From: Gammaproteobacteria bacterium
GTDB lineage: Bacteria > Pseudomonadota > Gammaproteobacteria > Eutrophobiales > Eutrophobiaceae
Length of the DNA stretch: 64,000 nt
Direction of reading: 5' to 3'
NCBI GenBank assembly: GCA_965243205.1
Contig: CBDEUK010000002.1
Location: 2,048,001-2,112,000, forward strand
The translations under genes and the position numbers were made by a program. The notes under the pieces were generated by a model that saw only the letters and a list, made by a program, of their open reading frames with translations, did no database searches and was not told where the DNA came from. Positions 1 through 11,483 of the stretch are shown one piece after another. How positions within the stretch are numbered: the stretch's first letter is position 1; each line of letters begins with the position of its first letter.

Positions 1-121
1 TTAATGTTCTTAAATATGCTAAAACTATTTATAGTAAAATTTTGTTGAATATGTTGATTATATTAAATATTTACGTTCATGAGTTGTTTATAAAACAATA
101 GAATGTGAGAATTAATATACT

Positions 122-1708
122 ATGGATTTAGATAGCCGAGGAATTCCATACCGCAAAACCAATGATGGACAGTTGGTTATGGAAACTCGTCCTCACATTA
201 TTGAAGAGTGGCTGGATACTCTTCCTTATGCAGATTTTAATAAAACCTGTAAGTTAATACTTGAGGCCGTCCAAAGTACGAATCAAGAAACGATGAAATA
301 TACTCAGCGTTTGGAGTTGGTGGCGCTATACGATCAACCCTATGAGTATTTTATAGAATCTCAACTCGACATCCGTACCAGCCATACTCGAAAATCTATC
401 ATATCCCTGCAATCAAACTTGGCCGATTTAAGAGAATTATCTTTGGCGATGGGCGTTGCATGTCGTATTTCTGTTGATGAAGCATTAAATAGAAAAACGT
501 TGTGGATTCAAACAAAACCACCTATTGACGCCATCTTAACTTCATTAAAATATTTTTCAGAAGCATTAGTATGTTGCTTCATTCAATATTATCCAACACC
601 TAAAACTATTTGGCGTGAATTGAATTTTTTATACGACTTTGCAGAAAGTATTGGTAAGCATGAAACGGAGGTAAACTTTATTGGCGACACAGATGCTTCG
701 AAACGTCATAACGTCAGTAATCTATACAAATGTGTTGTATTAACAAGTTTAGTCGATCCGTATCATTTGCCATTTGGTGCTATTTGGGAAATTTATCTTG
801 CTTTAATGGAATGGGCAGAAAAAACAGAAATCATTGATTATAAACACGTTAAGGATGATACCAGTTTAATGGTATTACCGATTAAAAAAGATTTAAGACC
901 GGTGCCTTTTACGAAGTTTAATAAGAAGCTGGCAAAGAATGAAGATTTACGGCTGTTGTATGTCGGTTCTCTGGTCAACATGCTTAAGACAAAACTTAAT
1001 GCACTTAAAAGTTCTGGAGCTGAGACAACATCCATTCCATTAGCACCTCAATATGCTGAACATGTGTTAGCTAAATTAATTAATAATTTGGAAACACCCA
1101 CTAAACGTAATTTCCCTAGAGTCAAAAAGAATTTAATGATTCGAGTAGCACATGGGTTTAGCGATTGTTATTTTTATATCAATGGTGAAGAAGAATTCCA
1201 TGCTTCACCAGTAGAGCGTACGGATGAAAATGCTATTGTTGAAATAGTAAATTCTGAATATACCCCAAGCCATTCGATCGAACTTTGGGAGTTACAAGAT
1301 TATAGTCAAGGTGGCTATGCTATTCGTCGAGAGTTGAAAAAAGAAAATACCTTACGGGTTGGTGAAATTGTCGCAGTTTATACAGGTAAAAATAATATTT
1401 ATAATTTGGCGGTAGTCAGTTGGTTAATGATTCGAACAGGGAATATGTATCACGCGGGATTAGAAGTGTTAGCTCGAGATGTTATGCCTGGAAAAATAAG
1501 GCAAGGTGTACGTGGTGAGTATTCCAAGGTATTTGTTTCAGGAGAAATGGATTTAGATACAGCTTCTATTATTGCAGAAGATGCTATATGTAATATTAAT
1601 GAAAACTACGAATTATGTATTGGTAATGAAAAATTACAAATTCAGACAAAAGAATTACTATTTTCTAATACATCCGTTAATCAATATTCAATTTCTCAGG
1701 CCGTTTAA
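122..1708 (+). CDS. Conserved protein with a helical N-terminal region and a PilZ-like C-terminal region (putative c-di-GMP receptor)
   Basis: 528-aa ORF; RxxxR (KRNFPR) and DxSxxG (DYSQGG) motifs followed by beta-strand-like segments. Confidence 0.5.
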   Translation: MDLDSRGIPYRKTNDGQLVMETRPHIIEEWLDTLPYADFNKTCKLILEAVQSTNQETMKYTQRLELVALYDQPYEYFIESQLDIRTSHTRKSIISLQSNLADLRELSLAMGVACRISVDEALNRKTLWIQTKPPIDAILTSLKYFSEALVCCFIQYYPTPKTIWRELNFLYDFAESIGKHETEVNFIGDTDASKRHNVSNLYKCVVLTSLVDPYHLPFGAIWEIYLALMEWAEKTEIIDYKHVKDDTSLMVLPIKKDLRPVPFTKFNKKLAKNEDLRLLYVGSLVNMLKTKLNALKSSGAETTSIPLAPQYAEHVLAKLINNLETPTKRNFPRVKKNLMIRVAHGFSDCYFYINGEEEFHASPVERTDENAIVEIVNSEYTPSHSIELWELQDYSQGGYAIRRELKKENTLRVGEIVAVYTGKNNIYNLAVVSWLMIRTGNMYHAGLEVLARDVMPGKIRQGVRGEYSKVFVSGEMDLDTASIIAEDAICNINENYELCIGNEKLQIQTKELLFSNTSVNQYSISQAV

Positions 1709-2988
1709 TTTTCTATTGAAACTAATAAATTTCTTAAAGGAATATTTAGACTTTGAGAAACGTTATTTTTATAATCGTTTAAAACATTTTTTATCGATTG
1801 TTCTGTTTTATCGTTTTCATGGATAAAATTATCTGCGTAAAACTTACAAGGTAGAATTTCATACAGTTCTTGTACGGTTGCTTCAGACAGATCTCGGGTC
1901 AATATATAAACGCCAGAGTTTAAACGGTTCACCCATTTTGCATTGGTTAATTCATGCAATATTTCAGTGATACGATCTTGTGATAACTTGACTCCGTTTT
2001 TTCGTATTTGCATCATGTTTAATCCATTGCCATTTCTTTGAGCCTGCCATAGAGCAGCAATAATTTTATACACGTCGACAAAATCCCAATCATTACGTCC
2101 TGCCGGATTACCATTTTCATCTAGATGAAAATTGGATAAGCAATAACACATATGCGCACCTAATAAAATAATGACCCATGATAGATATATCCAAAGTAAA
2201 AACATGGGAATAATTGCAATTGCTCCGTAAATTTGTTGGTAAGTTGGGATGGCTTTTACATAAGCACCAAAACCATATTTGGCTAATTCAAATAACATTG
2301 CTGAAAAAATACCGCTCATCAAAGCATATTTTTTTGGCACATAACAATTTGGAATAAGTAAGTAAATAATCGTAAACGCAATCGATGTTGTTAAAAACGG
2401 CATGATTTGTAACAGGGTGACTTTAATTCCAAATGAGGCGTAAACAGAATCTATTGCAGGTATTGATAAGAAATAAGAAGTCGATACTAAGCCAACACCA
2501 ATTAACAAAGGGCCTAAGGTTAAGATAGCCCAATACACTAAGAAGCGAGCAATAGGATTACGTTTTTCTTTGACTTTCCAAATCCGATTAAACGCATTAT
2601 CAATCGTCGCCATTAACATTAATGCAATAAACAATAAAACAATGGTTCCTGTGAAGGTTAACTTCGATGCTTTACTTGAAAATTCAATTAAGTAATTTTG
2701 AATCGAATCACCGAATGAAGGAACGAAATTATTAAATACAAATGTTTGAATTTCTGCCGACATCTCTTTGAATACTGGAAGCCCACCTAGGAAACCAAAC
2801 ATGACGGTTAACAAAGGCACTAAGGATAATAATGTTGCATACGCAAGTGATGAAGCAATTTGCAATCCGTTCTGTTCAAAAAACTGAGTGATAGAGAATC
2901 GACAGAATTGATATAGCCAACGAAATGATTGAGAAACCGAGCGTTGCATATTGTCGGAAACCATTATTGATTTGTAAAAAGGTTCCAT
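1705..2988 (-). CDS. yihY: YihY/BrkB family inner membrane protein with C-terminal winged-helix-like extension
   Basis: ASSLAYATLLSLVP, IDNAFNRIW, YWAILTLGP, YGAIAIIPMFLLWIYLSW motifs; divergent from arsC-wrbA as in Pseudomonas. Confidence 0.85.
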   Translation of the reverse strand: MEPFYKSIMVSDNMQRSVSQSFRWLYQFCRFSITQFFEQNGLQIASSLAYATLLSLVPLLTVMFGFLGGLPVFKEMSAEIQTFVFNNFVPSFGDSIQNYLIEFSSKASKLTFTGTIVLLFIALMLMATIDNAFNRIWKVKEKRNPIARFLVYWAILTLGPLLIGVGLVSTSYFLSIPAIDSVYASFGIKVTLLQIMPFLTTSIAFTIIYLLIPNCYVPKKYALMSGIFSAMLFELAKYGFGAYVKAIPTYQQIYGAIAIIPMFLLWIYLSWVIILLGAHMCYCLSNFHLDENGNPAGRNDWDFVDVYKIIAALWQAQRNGNGLNMMQIRKNGVKLSQDRITEILHELTNAKWVNRLNSGVYILTRDLSEATVQELYEILPCKFYADNFIHENDKTEQSIKNVLNDYKNNVSQSLNIPLRNLLVSIEN

Positions 2989-3082
2989 AAAATAACGTTT
3001 TTAAATAAAAACAATGTTAAAATTAATTCACTTTAACACCTTAGCATATTTATCGTAAATCATCTGTGAAAAAGGTCTAACA

Positions 3083-3430
3083 ATGAATGCTACTATTTAT
3101 CATAACCCTCGTTGCTCTAAGTCCAGGCAAACTTTACAGCTTTTACATGACAAAGGATGTGAGGTGGAAATTATTGAATATCTAAAAAATCCGCCTGAGC
3201 TTGATAAGATAAAACAAATACTGAATATGTTAGATATAACACCTAGAGATTTAATGCGCAAAAATGAATCAGCGTATAAAGAATTACAATTAGATGATGA
3301 CTCTTTATCGGATCAAACCTTAATCGAAGCGATGTATAAAAATCCTATACTCATAGAAAGACCCATCGTTATAGCAAATAATAAAGCCGCTATTGGGCGC
3401 CCTCCTGAATCTGTTTTGGAAATTTTATAG
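3083..3430 (+). CDS. arsC: ArsC family reductase (glutaredoxin type)
   Basis: YHNPRCSKSR, LIERPIV, GRPPE motifs. Confidence 0.88.
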   Translation: MNATIYHNPRCSKSRQTLQLLHDKGCEVEIIEYLKNPPELDKIKQILNMLDITPRDLMRKNESAYKELQLDDDSLSDQTLIEAMYKNPILIERPIVIANNKAAIGRPPESVLEIL

Positions 3431-4708
<1,278 letters not shown>

Positions 4709-4720
4709 TAAAAATCGTGG

Positions 4721-5776
4721 TTATTCTGAATAAAGTTCGCTTGCTATATAACGTTCATGTGCATGACGTAATAAAATCACAATAATTGCTGCTATAGGAA
4801 GCGCAAGTAATACACCTACGAAACCAAATAATTGCCCACCTGCCATGACAGCAAAAATTACAGCAACGGGGTGTAAGCCGATTCGATCGCCAACTAATAG
4901 CGGTGACAACAACATCCCCTCTAAGGCTTGGCCAACGCCAAATATAATGATCACGTAAATTACATGAATGACATCTTGATATTGCATAAAGGCAGCGATT
5001 CCCGCTACCACTACACCAACAATAACTCCTAAGTAGGGTACAAAACTGACTAAGCCGGCAAGCATACCAATTAATAATGAAAATTCGATGCCGATTAACC
5101 ACAATGCAATGGTATAAAAAATACCTTGGGCTAACATGAGTAATAATTGCCCGTGTAAGAATTCTCCTAAAACGGAATCGCATTCTTTAGCTAATTGTGT
5201 GACAGTTGGTTCTATATGACGAGGAATTAATTCATGTACTCGTTCGACTAATAAATCCCAATCTCGTAGTAAATAAAATGTAACAACAGGAATTAAAATA
5301 ATATTTGCGAAGATTGCGATCACTGCTTGGCTTGATGCAGAAAGTTGAGATAGTACTTTGCTAGCAATGCCACCGACATCTCGCCAATGTTGGGAAATGT
5401 TCTCCCGTAGTTTTTCTAAGCTAAATACTGATTCATCGATGCCCAAAAAATTTGCAATATAAGGAACAAGGTTCAACTCTAACCAATGCATCATTTCTGG
5501 TATACGTTTTATTAATTGGCTTATTTGTTGTTCTAAAATTGGAACAATAAATAATAATATGATGATGGCACATAACAACATGATGAAAAAAACAATCGAT
5601 ACACTCATCGTACGAGATAATTTTTTTGTTTCAAGGCGATCTACTATAGGATCAGCAAGGTATGCTAAGAAGGCTGAACAAACAAACGGAGTTAGTATTG
5701 GCCCTAGTAAATAAATCAACCAACCTGCGATCAAAGCACAGGCAAGATAAAAAACTTTTTTGCTATCGTTAATCAT
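4721..5776 (-). CDS. AI-2E family transporter (PerM-like)
   Basis: Multi-TM; LAYLADPIV, FVPYLG, GLHPVAVIFA motifs; canonical position between hda and purM. Confidence 0.88.
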   Translation of the reverse strand: MINDSKKVFYLACALIAGWLIYLLGPILTPFVCSAFLAYLADPIVDRLETKKLSRTMSVSIVFFIMLLCAIIILLFIVPILEQQISQLIKRIPEMMHWLELNLVPYIANFLGIDESVFSLEKLRENISQHWRDVGGIASKVLSQLSASSQAVIAIFANIILIPVVTFYLLRDWDLLVERVHELIPRHIEPTVTQLAKECDSVLGEFLHGQLLLMLAQGIFYTIALWLIGIEFSLLIGMLAGLVSFVPYLGVIVGVVVAGIAAFMQYQDVIHVIYVIIIFGVGQALEGMLLSPLLVGDRIGLHPVAVIFAVMAGGQLFGFVGVLLALPIAAIIVILLRHAHERYIASELYSE

Positions 5777-6808
5777 TTAAGGAATATATAAAAAAGTTTC
5801 GCCATCACCGATCGGCTGTAAAGTTTGACCTAGAGTTACTGCCTGTTCCAAAGTTTGAATATTACCATCAGCAGTTAATTGATAAACGATATTTTGCTTG
5901 TTTGCTTGTATTGTAGAGATGTCACTAATGAAGTTTAATGACTGAAGATACTTTAACGTTTTTGCGTAATCATTAAAGCTACGTATTCCTTCAACTTTAA
6001 TAGAAAAGCTTGATTCCGCAGCATAACCTATAGGCTGACTGTAGATAGAAGCCAACCTATCGGCATGCGTATCAACGCCTTCTGATAATGCTTCGGATAT
6101 GGAGCTGCCAGAAGTTTGCCATTTGGCTAATTGTCCATTGATCTCTGAAAGCCACTGTATTTGCCAGAGGTTAGAACCTAGCTGATTGATTGTTGCAGAT
6201 AATATGGTATCAGGTGAATAGCGGCTTGATGCTGAACGTATCTGTTCAACTGATTCAGCTACGATAGCTTGTTCACTCAGTTGAGAGCGGTCGGTGGAAT
6301 CTAATTGTGGTATTAGAAAGTCGATACCTCTGGATTTTGCTTGATGCATTAATGAATCATATTTAACCGAATCAGGGCTTATATTTGCGAACTGTAGTCC
6401 TTGTCCATCATTCTGCACCATCCATATAAGCGTAGTGGGTCTTTCTTGACTCCATATAGGAATACTGTATTCACGCATGGATGATTGCAACACGACAGGA
6501 TCGAACTTTGCCCATAAGCGATGGCTTAATTCGCCTTCATCTTCCATGCTTTTGACTTCATATTGTTGAAGGTAACGTGTGGGTTCATCGAGAATAGAAT
6601 CAACCCCATAGATACTGGCAGCCGTGCGTTTTCCTGTCAGTTTAACCAAAACTTGTAACAGTACAGAGCGGATTGCGCGGGCTTGAGCGCCCGAAGAAGT
6701 ATCAGCTAAGGCTACGGTTCCTTCATACAAGCCTTGGACGGTCGTAGCTTGATTGATAGTGCTGGAAAATAGTAATAAAACAAAGACTAAAATTTGGTAT
6801 TTATTCAT
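5777..6808 (-). CDS. DUF2066 family periplasmic protein (start reassigned to MNKYQ at 6808)
   Basis: Signal peptide, VLVKLTG, PIWSQERP; conserved position divergent from purM. Confidence 0.75.
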   Translation of the reverse strand: MNKYQILVFVLLLFSSTINQATTVQGLYEGTVALADTSSGAQARAIRSVLLQVLVKLTGKRTAASIYGVDSILDEPTRYLQQYEVKSMEDEGELSHRLWAKFDPVVLQSSMREYSIPIWSQERPTTLIWMVQNDGQGLQFANISPDSVKYDSLMHQAKSRGIDFLIPQLDSTDRSQLSEQAIVAESVEQIRSASSRYSPDTILSATINQLGSNLWQIQWLSEINGQLAKWQTSGSSISEALSEGVDTHADRLASIYSQPIGYAAESSFSIKVEGIRSFNDYAKTLKYLQSLNFISDISTIQANKQNIVYQLTADGNIQTLEQAVTLGQTLQPIGDGETFLYIP

Positions 6809-6847
6809 AACTTGGACGCTATTCGACTCCAGGGAGTAAGTCAAGAA

Positions 6848-6881
6848 TTGCGACATTCCTCTGCTCTGTTAACATGCCGCC
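6848..6881 (+). promoter_or_regulatory. sigma70 promoter of purM with GC-rich discriminator, probably leaderless
   Basis: TTGCGA (6848) -16 nt- TAACAT (6870, extended TG at 6867) - GCCGCC - ATG (6882); no SD. Confidence 0.55.
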
Positions 6882-7925
6882 ATGAATAAAAAAACAACAT
6901 CGATCAGCTACGAAGATGCTGGAGTCAGCGTTGAACGTGGTAATGAATTAGTCGAGAGAATTAAAGGTAGTGCCAAAAAAACTTCACGTCCTGGTGTTAT
7001 ATCAGGATTAGGCGGTTTTGGGGCTTTATTTGATCTTTCAGAATTAAATTATAAACAACCCGTTTTAGTTTCAGGTACAGACGGGGTCGGTACGAAGATA
7101 AAGCTGGCAATTGAGAGTGATCGTCATGACACCATTGGTATTGATTTGGTAGCAATGTGTGTGAATGATTTATTGGTACAAGGTGCCGAACCACTGTTCT
7201 TTCTAGATTATTTTGCTTGTTCCAAACTTGATGTTTCAAAGGCCAGCGACGTGGTTAGTGGTATTGCAAAAGGTTGCGAATTGTCTGGTTGTGCTTTAGT
7301 CGGTGGTGAGACGGCTGAGATGCCTGGAATGTATCAGGAAGGTGAATATGATCTAGCTGGCTTTTGTGTCGGTGCTGTAGAAAAAACTGAAATCATTGAT
7401 GGCAGTAAAATTTCTATAGGTGATTCCATTATTGCGCTTGCTTCCAGTGGACCACATTCCAATGGTTATTCATTGATTCGTAAATTAATAACGGATAATA
7501 ATGCTGATTTGAATACAGATATTGATGGCGTTCCATTGATAGAGCGTTTATTAGAGCCGACCAGAATATATATTAAAAATGTACTATCTATTTTAAAAAA
7601 ATATCCAGTCAATGGTTTAGCTCATATCACTGGTGGAGGTTTGACTGAAAATATTCCTCGGGTTTTGCCGAAAAATTTACATGCACAAGTGCTGAGAGAA
7701 CAGGTTAAATTACCTGCTATTTTTCAATGGTTACAACAACAAGGCAATATTACTGAAGTAGAGATGTTTCGAACCTTTAACTGTGGTATTGGTATGGTCT
7801 TGATTGTTGATAAAACGAATGAATCTGCAGTAATCGATCTAGCTCAGCAACTTGGTGAAACTGCTTGGAAGTTAGGCGAAGTTATTCAATCCGATGAAAA
7901 AACTCCTAGTGTTGTATATCAATAA
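6882..7925 (+). CDS. purM: Phosphoribosylformylglycinamidine cyclo-ligase (AIR synthetase)
   Basis: [42 protein letters not shown]. Confidence 0.98.
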   Translation: MNKKTTSISYEDAGVSVERGNELVERIKGSAKKTSRPGVISGLGGFGALFDLSELNYKQPVLVSGTDGVGTKIKLAIESDRHDTIGIDLVAMCVNDLLVQGAEPLFFLDYFACSKLDVSKASDVVSGIAKGCELSGCALVGGETAEMPGMYQEGEYDLAGFCVGAVEKTEIIDGSKISIGDSIIALASSGPHSNGYSLIRKLITDNNADLNTDIDGVPLIERLLEPTRIYIKNVLSILKKYPVNGLAHITGGGLTENIPRVLPKNLHAQVLREQVKLPAIFQWLQQQGNITEVEMFRTFNCGIGMVLIVDKTNESAVIDLAQQLGETAWKLGEVIQSDEKTPSVVYQ

Positions 7926-8269
7926 TGTCAGATGAACAATTAATAGAAAATGCCTCAAAAGCTTTTTCTGATAATAACTATGAATTGGCTTTATCCATCA
8001 TAACGCCCTTAATTGAATCAGGTAATGCCGCGGCTACTGGTATGCTGGGACTTGCCTATCAACATGGCGCAGGTGTTGAACAAAACAGTCAAGAAGCTAT
8101 TAAGTATTTTCAAAAAGCAGTTGAATTAGGTGATGCATATTCAGCGCATAATCTTGCTAGGTTATATATGAAAGGTACTGACGATATTGAAGCAGATAAT
8201 GAGTTGAGTAATATTTATTACCAACTTGCTGAAGAAATGGGTTTGAAATACGAGCCAGAAAAAGATTAA
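7925..8269 (+). CDS. Small Sel1-like repeat protein
   Basis: LGLAYQHGAGVEQNSQEAIKYFQKAVELG and LARLYMKG repeats; TAATG overlap with purM stop. Confidence 0.8.
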   Translation: MSDEQLIENASKAFSDNNYELALSIITPLIESGNAAATGMLGLAYQHGAGVEQNSQEAIKYFQKAVELGDAYSAHNLARLYMKGTDDIEADNELSNIYYQLAEEMGLKYEPEKD

Positions 8270-8329
8270 GTATTACTACTTCACGTAACAACATTTAAAC
8301 CTAAATTAGTTTAGTTTTTTATTCTAAAG

Positions 8330-9211
8330 ATGATAGCTGTTCGAATTGTTGAAATCCTATTTCCTATTTTTGCTATTGTCTTAGTCGGGCTAATCTATGG
8401 GCGATTGTTTAAGCCTGATATGGCAGTTGCTAATCGCTTAAACATGAATGTATTTATTCCATGTTTATTATTTACTGTCCTAATCGATAAAACACAAAAA
8501 TTAAATCAATATACTGAGTTTGCGTTGGCATGTGCTCTAGTAATTTTAATCTCTGCATTCATCGCATACCTGATTGCTAAACTATTAAAAATATCACCAC
8601 TTACATTTTGTTTGCCTATGACATTTCCGAATGCGGGGAATCTGGGCTTGCCTTTAATGGTATTAACATTTGGTGAACCAGCACTTGCTGCAGCTGTTGT
8701 AATGTTCATAGTTTGTAATTTCTTACATATTTCAAGCAGTCATTATTTTCTTGATAAACATTCAAATGTTTTAAAAGTATTTTTAACCCCAATGATCATG
8801 GCTGTATTGTTAGCATTTCTTTTAGTTATATTAGAAGTATCTGTTCACATGGCGATATTAAAACCAATTGAAATGCTAGGTGATGTTTGTGTGCCATTAA
8901 TGTTATTCACTTTAGGCGTACGATTATTAGATACTGATTTAAAAGAATGGCGTCTTGGCCTTTTGGTAGCCTTTATCAGTCCTTTGATAGGAATTACTAG
9001 TGCGGCAATATTATTACTTTTGTTTGACTTAGAACCAACGCAACAGGGTATATTAATTTTATTTGGTGCTTTACCTCCCGCCGTAATGAATTACATGTTT
9101 GCAGAACACTTTCAACAAGAGCCTGCGCGAGTTGCCGCCATGGTTTTATTTGGTAATGCGATGAGTATTATTATTTTGCCAGCAGTATTATTTTACGTTT
9201 TAACAAAATAA
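8330..9211 (+). CDS. AEC (auxin efflux carrier) family transporter
   Basis: About 10 TMs; FPNAGNLGLPL, PLMLFTLG, LPPAVMNY. Confidence 0.88.
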   Translation: MIAVRIVEILFPIFAIVLVGLIYGRLFKPDMAVANRLNMNVFIPCLLFTVLIDKTQKLNQYTEFALACALVILISAFIAYLIAKLLKISPLTFCLPMTFPNAGNLGLPLMVLTFGEPALAAAVVMFIVCNFLHISSSHYFLDKHSNVLKVFLTPMIMAVLLAFLLVILEVSVHMAILKPIEMLGDVCVPLMLFTLGVRLLDTDLKEWRLGLLVAFISPLIGITSAAILLLLFDLEPTQQGILILFGALPPAVMNYMFAEHFQQEPARVAAMVLFGNAMSIIILPAVLFYVLTK

Positions 9212-9233
9212 TAAAAAGATTACCTAAAAGTTT

Positions 9234-10214
9234 CTAACGGAATTGCGAAGTTTTTTTCGAGAGCTCTAAGGAGTTGTTTTGAAAACTTTCTACGATATTT
9301 TCTGTCGTATTTTCAGAAAATTCTTCGCATTTTTTTAGAAAAGCTTTAACACTCTCAGGTATAGGTACTCGTAAATTTGCATGTCTAGATAAAAGTTCAC
9401 CACCCTCCATAATTAGCTGATACTTTGCAAAAATACATTCGTTGAGATTTGGATCGTTATCATTTGGTAATTGAATTTTTTGTTCTTCGAATAATTCTTT
9501 GGCAGCAATGTATTCAGGCCAAATTTCAAACATCACAGGATCACTTCTTAAAGTTTCACAGGCAGACTTTGCAGCATTTGCAAAATCTATTAATAAAGGT
9601 TTCATTGTTTTGAAATCATCATGTAAGTTCATAATGTTGATGATTGCTGCAGTGATTTTATCTATCTCGGACATCGTTTGCGCAAGCTTAATATAACGAG
9701 TTTTATAAAACTCACTGATTGGCATGCTAAATACCCGAAATGGTTCGCCCCAAAGTTCAGTATTACCTTCACCACCATCATTAAGTTTAATATTTTTTCC
9801 TAATTCTAAGGCATCGGATAAACATTTATCGCATTCAGTATACAAAGGGTTATCCTTACTTATAATTACCCCTGAAGCTTCCATATTTACTATTGACGTT
9901 AAAATATCTCGACCTCTATTCAATAAGGCTCCTGCAAGCATCGCAGCTTTGACACGCTTTTTATGCGGAGATATTTCGTTCTTATATGATTCACGAACTT
10001 TTTCTAAATGTAATCCAGGAGTATTGATACCAACTTCAACATGATGGAAAACACGACGGGTCATTTGATCGATAAGAGTTTTTTTATCAGCGATACGATC
10101 GCCATAAACAGGATAATTCCTTAACCAATATCCATCGAAAAATACTCTATCATCACCATCAATTTCACGAACCGTTCCATTTTCGATTGCTGTTTGATTA
10201 TTTGAGGTGTTCAT
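9234..10214 (-). CDS. Hypothetical soluble protein
   Basis: 326-aa open frame with normal composition; no motif I can assign. Confidence 0.75.
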   Translation of the reverse strand: MNTSNNQTAIENGTVREIDGDDRVFFDGYWLRNYPVYGDRIADKKTLIDQMTRRVFHHVEVGINTPGLHLEKVRESYKNEISPHKKRVKAAMLAGALLNRGRDILTSIVNMEASGVIISKDNPLYTECDKCLSDALELGKNIKLNDGGEGNTELWGEPFRVFSMPISEFYKTRYIKLAQTMSEIDKITAAIINIMNLHDDFKTMKPLLIDFANAAKSACETLRSDPVMFEIWPEYIAAKELFEEQKIQLPNDNDPNLNECIFAKYQLIMEGGELLSRHANLRVPIPESVKAFLKKCEEFSENTTENIVESFQNNSLELSKKTSQFR

Positions 10215-10366
10215 GAGTACATGTGAAATAAATATTCATAATGCAGAATAAAAGTTAAAACTGATTTCAGTATAAGTATGATAGCAGTTAGAAATATGAA
10301 TATGAAATGTTTCTGTAATTATGCAGTGTAATTTTTTTGATAGCTTAATTTATATTTGGAAAGCAA

Positions 10367-10990
10367 TTAATCATTTTTGTTTGTTTGCCAAATAGCAAAT
10401 GTAATAGAGACTATGGCGCCTATGATAGATAATAACCAGATGCCGCCAGAATCACAGATTACTCCCCAATGATAGATATAGGAAAAAACATAATCTTTAT
10501 TATTGCTTGCTGCACTAGATGCAAGATGGCGTTCAAGCCAGGCGATACCTTGAAAAGGTATTGTAGCGAGTAAAATAATTAATAAATTTATTAAGCCAGA
10601 GGCAACCATTACAATGGATTGTTTAAATGATTTTAAAGGCCAAGCAAGTATTAAGCTAAAAAGAATAACTAAAGGTACCAGCATATTAACATCATTACGA
10701 TAAGTGCTAACTGATAGCCCTTCTTTAATTAATATTGAGTCGCCTAGAGTTATATCTTTAAGAGTTGTAAATGACATTATAATAAATTCTTCTGTTCCTT
10801 TGAGCCCTGAACGCATATTTACTGAATATCCGTCAGTAAATATCTCAGCAATCACACAAAAAAAATACATAAATGGTTTTAAAAGCTCATCGCCATAAAA
10901 AATCACTAATAAAGTAAGCGTTAACCAAATGACTAGAGCTTTTATGAAAAAAACCTGTATTGCTTTAGTGTTTAACTTTGAAATGTCCAT
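10367..10990 (-). CDS. Exosortase-associated membrane protein (about 200 aa)
   Basis: 207 aa, about 4 TMs, LVPLVILFSLILAWP segment; overlaps the exosortase gene 3' end by 26 nt. Confidence 0.6.
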   Translation of the reverse strand: MDISKLNTKAIQVFFIKALVIWLTLTLLVIFYGDELLKPFMYFFCVIAEIFTDGYSVNMRSGLKGTEEFIIMSFTTLKDITLGDSILIKEGLSVSTYRNDVNMLVPLVILFSLILAWPLKSFKQSIVMVASGLINLLIILLATIPFQGIAWLERHLASSAASNNKDYVFSYIYHWGVICDSGGIWLLSIIGAIVSITFAIWQTNKND

Positions 10991-11483
10991 GAGACCAATT
11001 AGCCCAGGCTATAAAAGCCATGCTTGTAAGTAAAATGATTATTGAAGGAGCAATTAAAGAATGGAACTCAACAAAATATTGTTTGTAATGTGACACTATG
11101 TAATAAATAAAAATAATTCGTATCGTATTGACGATATAAACAAATAATATCCCAGAAATTATCCCTACGAACTTATTTTTTAATGAAGTATTAAACGCTA
11201 GGATAGCCGCTATTAATAAAAATAATACCCCTGAACCATCACAACCTCTTACTATTTGTAAATTTGCAGTTCTTGATTGAATGAAACTATTTCTTGCGAC
11301 TACGGATGAATCGCCGTTAAAAAAATTTATGATAGCCGTACAAGGCTCAGTAATTAATAATGGGTATAAAGTGTTATTTAAATAATCTATTGGCACTAGA
11401 AAGTATAAGCCTTCAAATACAGCGAATAGTATTATAAATAAAATAACAAATCGATTAGCTGACTGATTACTTTGTTCATCCAT
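10965..11483 (-). CDS. Exosortase/archaeosortase family protein, XrtM-like short form
   Basis: Cys-Arg-His triad in family context: IVRGCDG, VNTIRI, EFHS; multi-TM; 172 aa. Confidence 0.75.
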   Translation of the reverse strand: MDEQSNQSANRFVILFIILFAVFEGLYFLVPIDYLNNTLYPLLITEPCTAIINFFNGDSSVVARNSFIQSRTANLQIVRGCDGSGVLFLLIAAILAFNTSLKNKFVGIISGILFVYIVNTIRIIFIYYIVSHYKQYFVEFHSLIAPSIIILLTSMAFIAWANWSHGHFKVKH

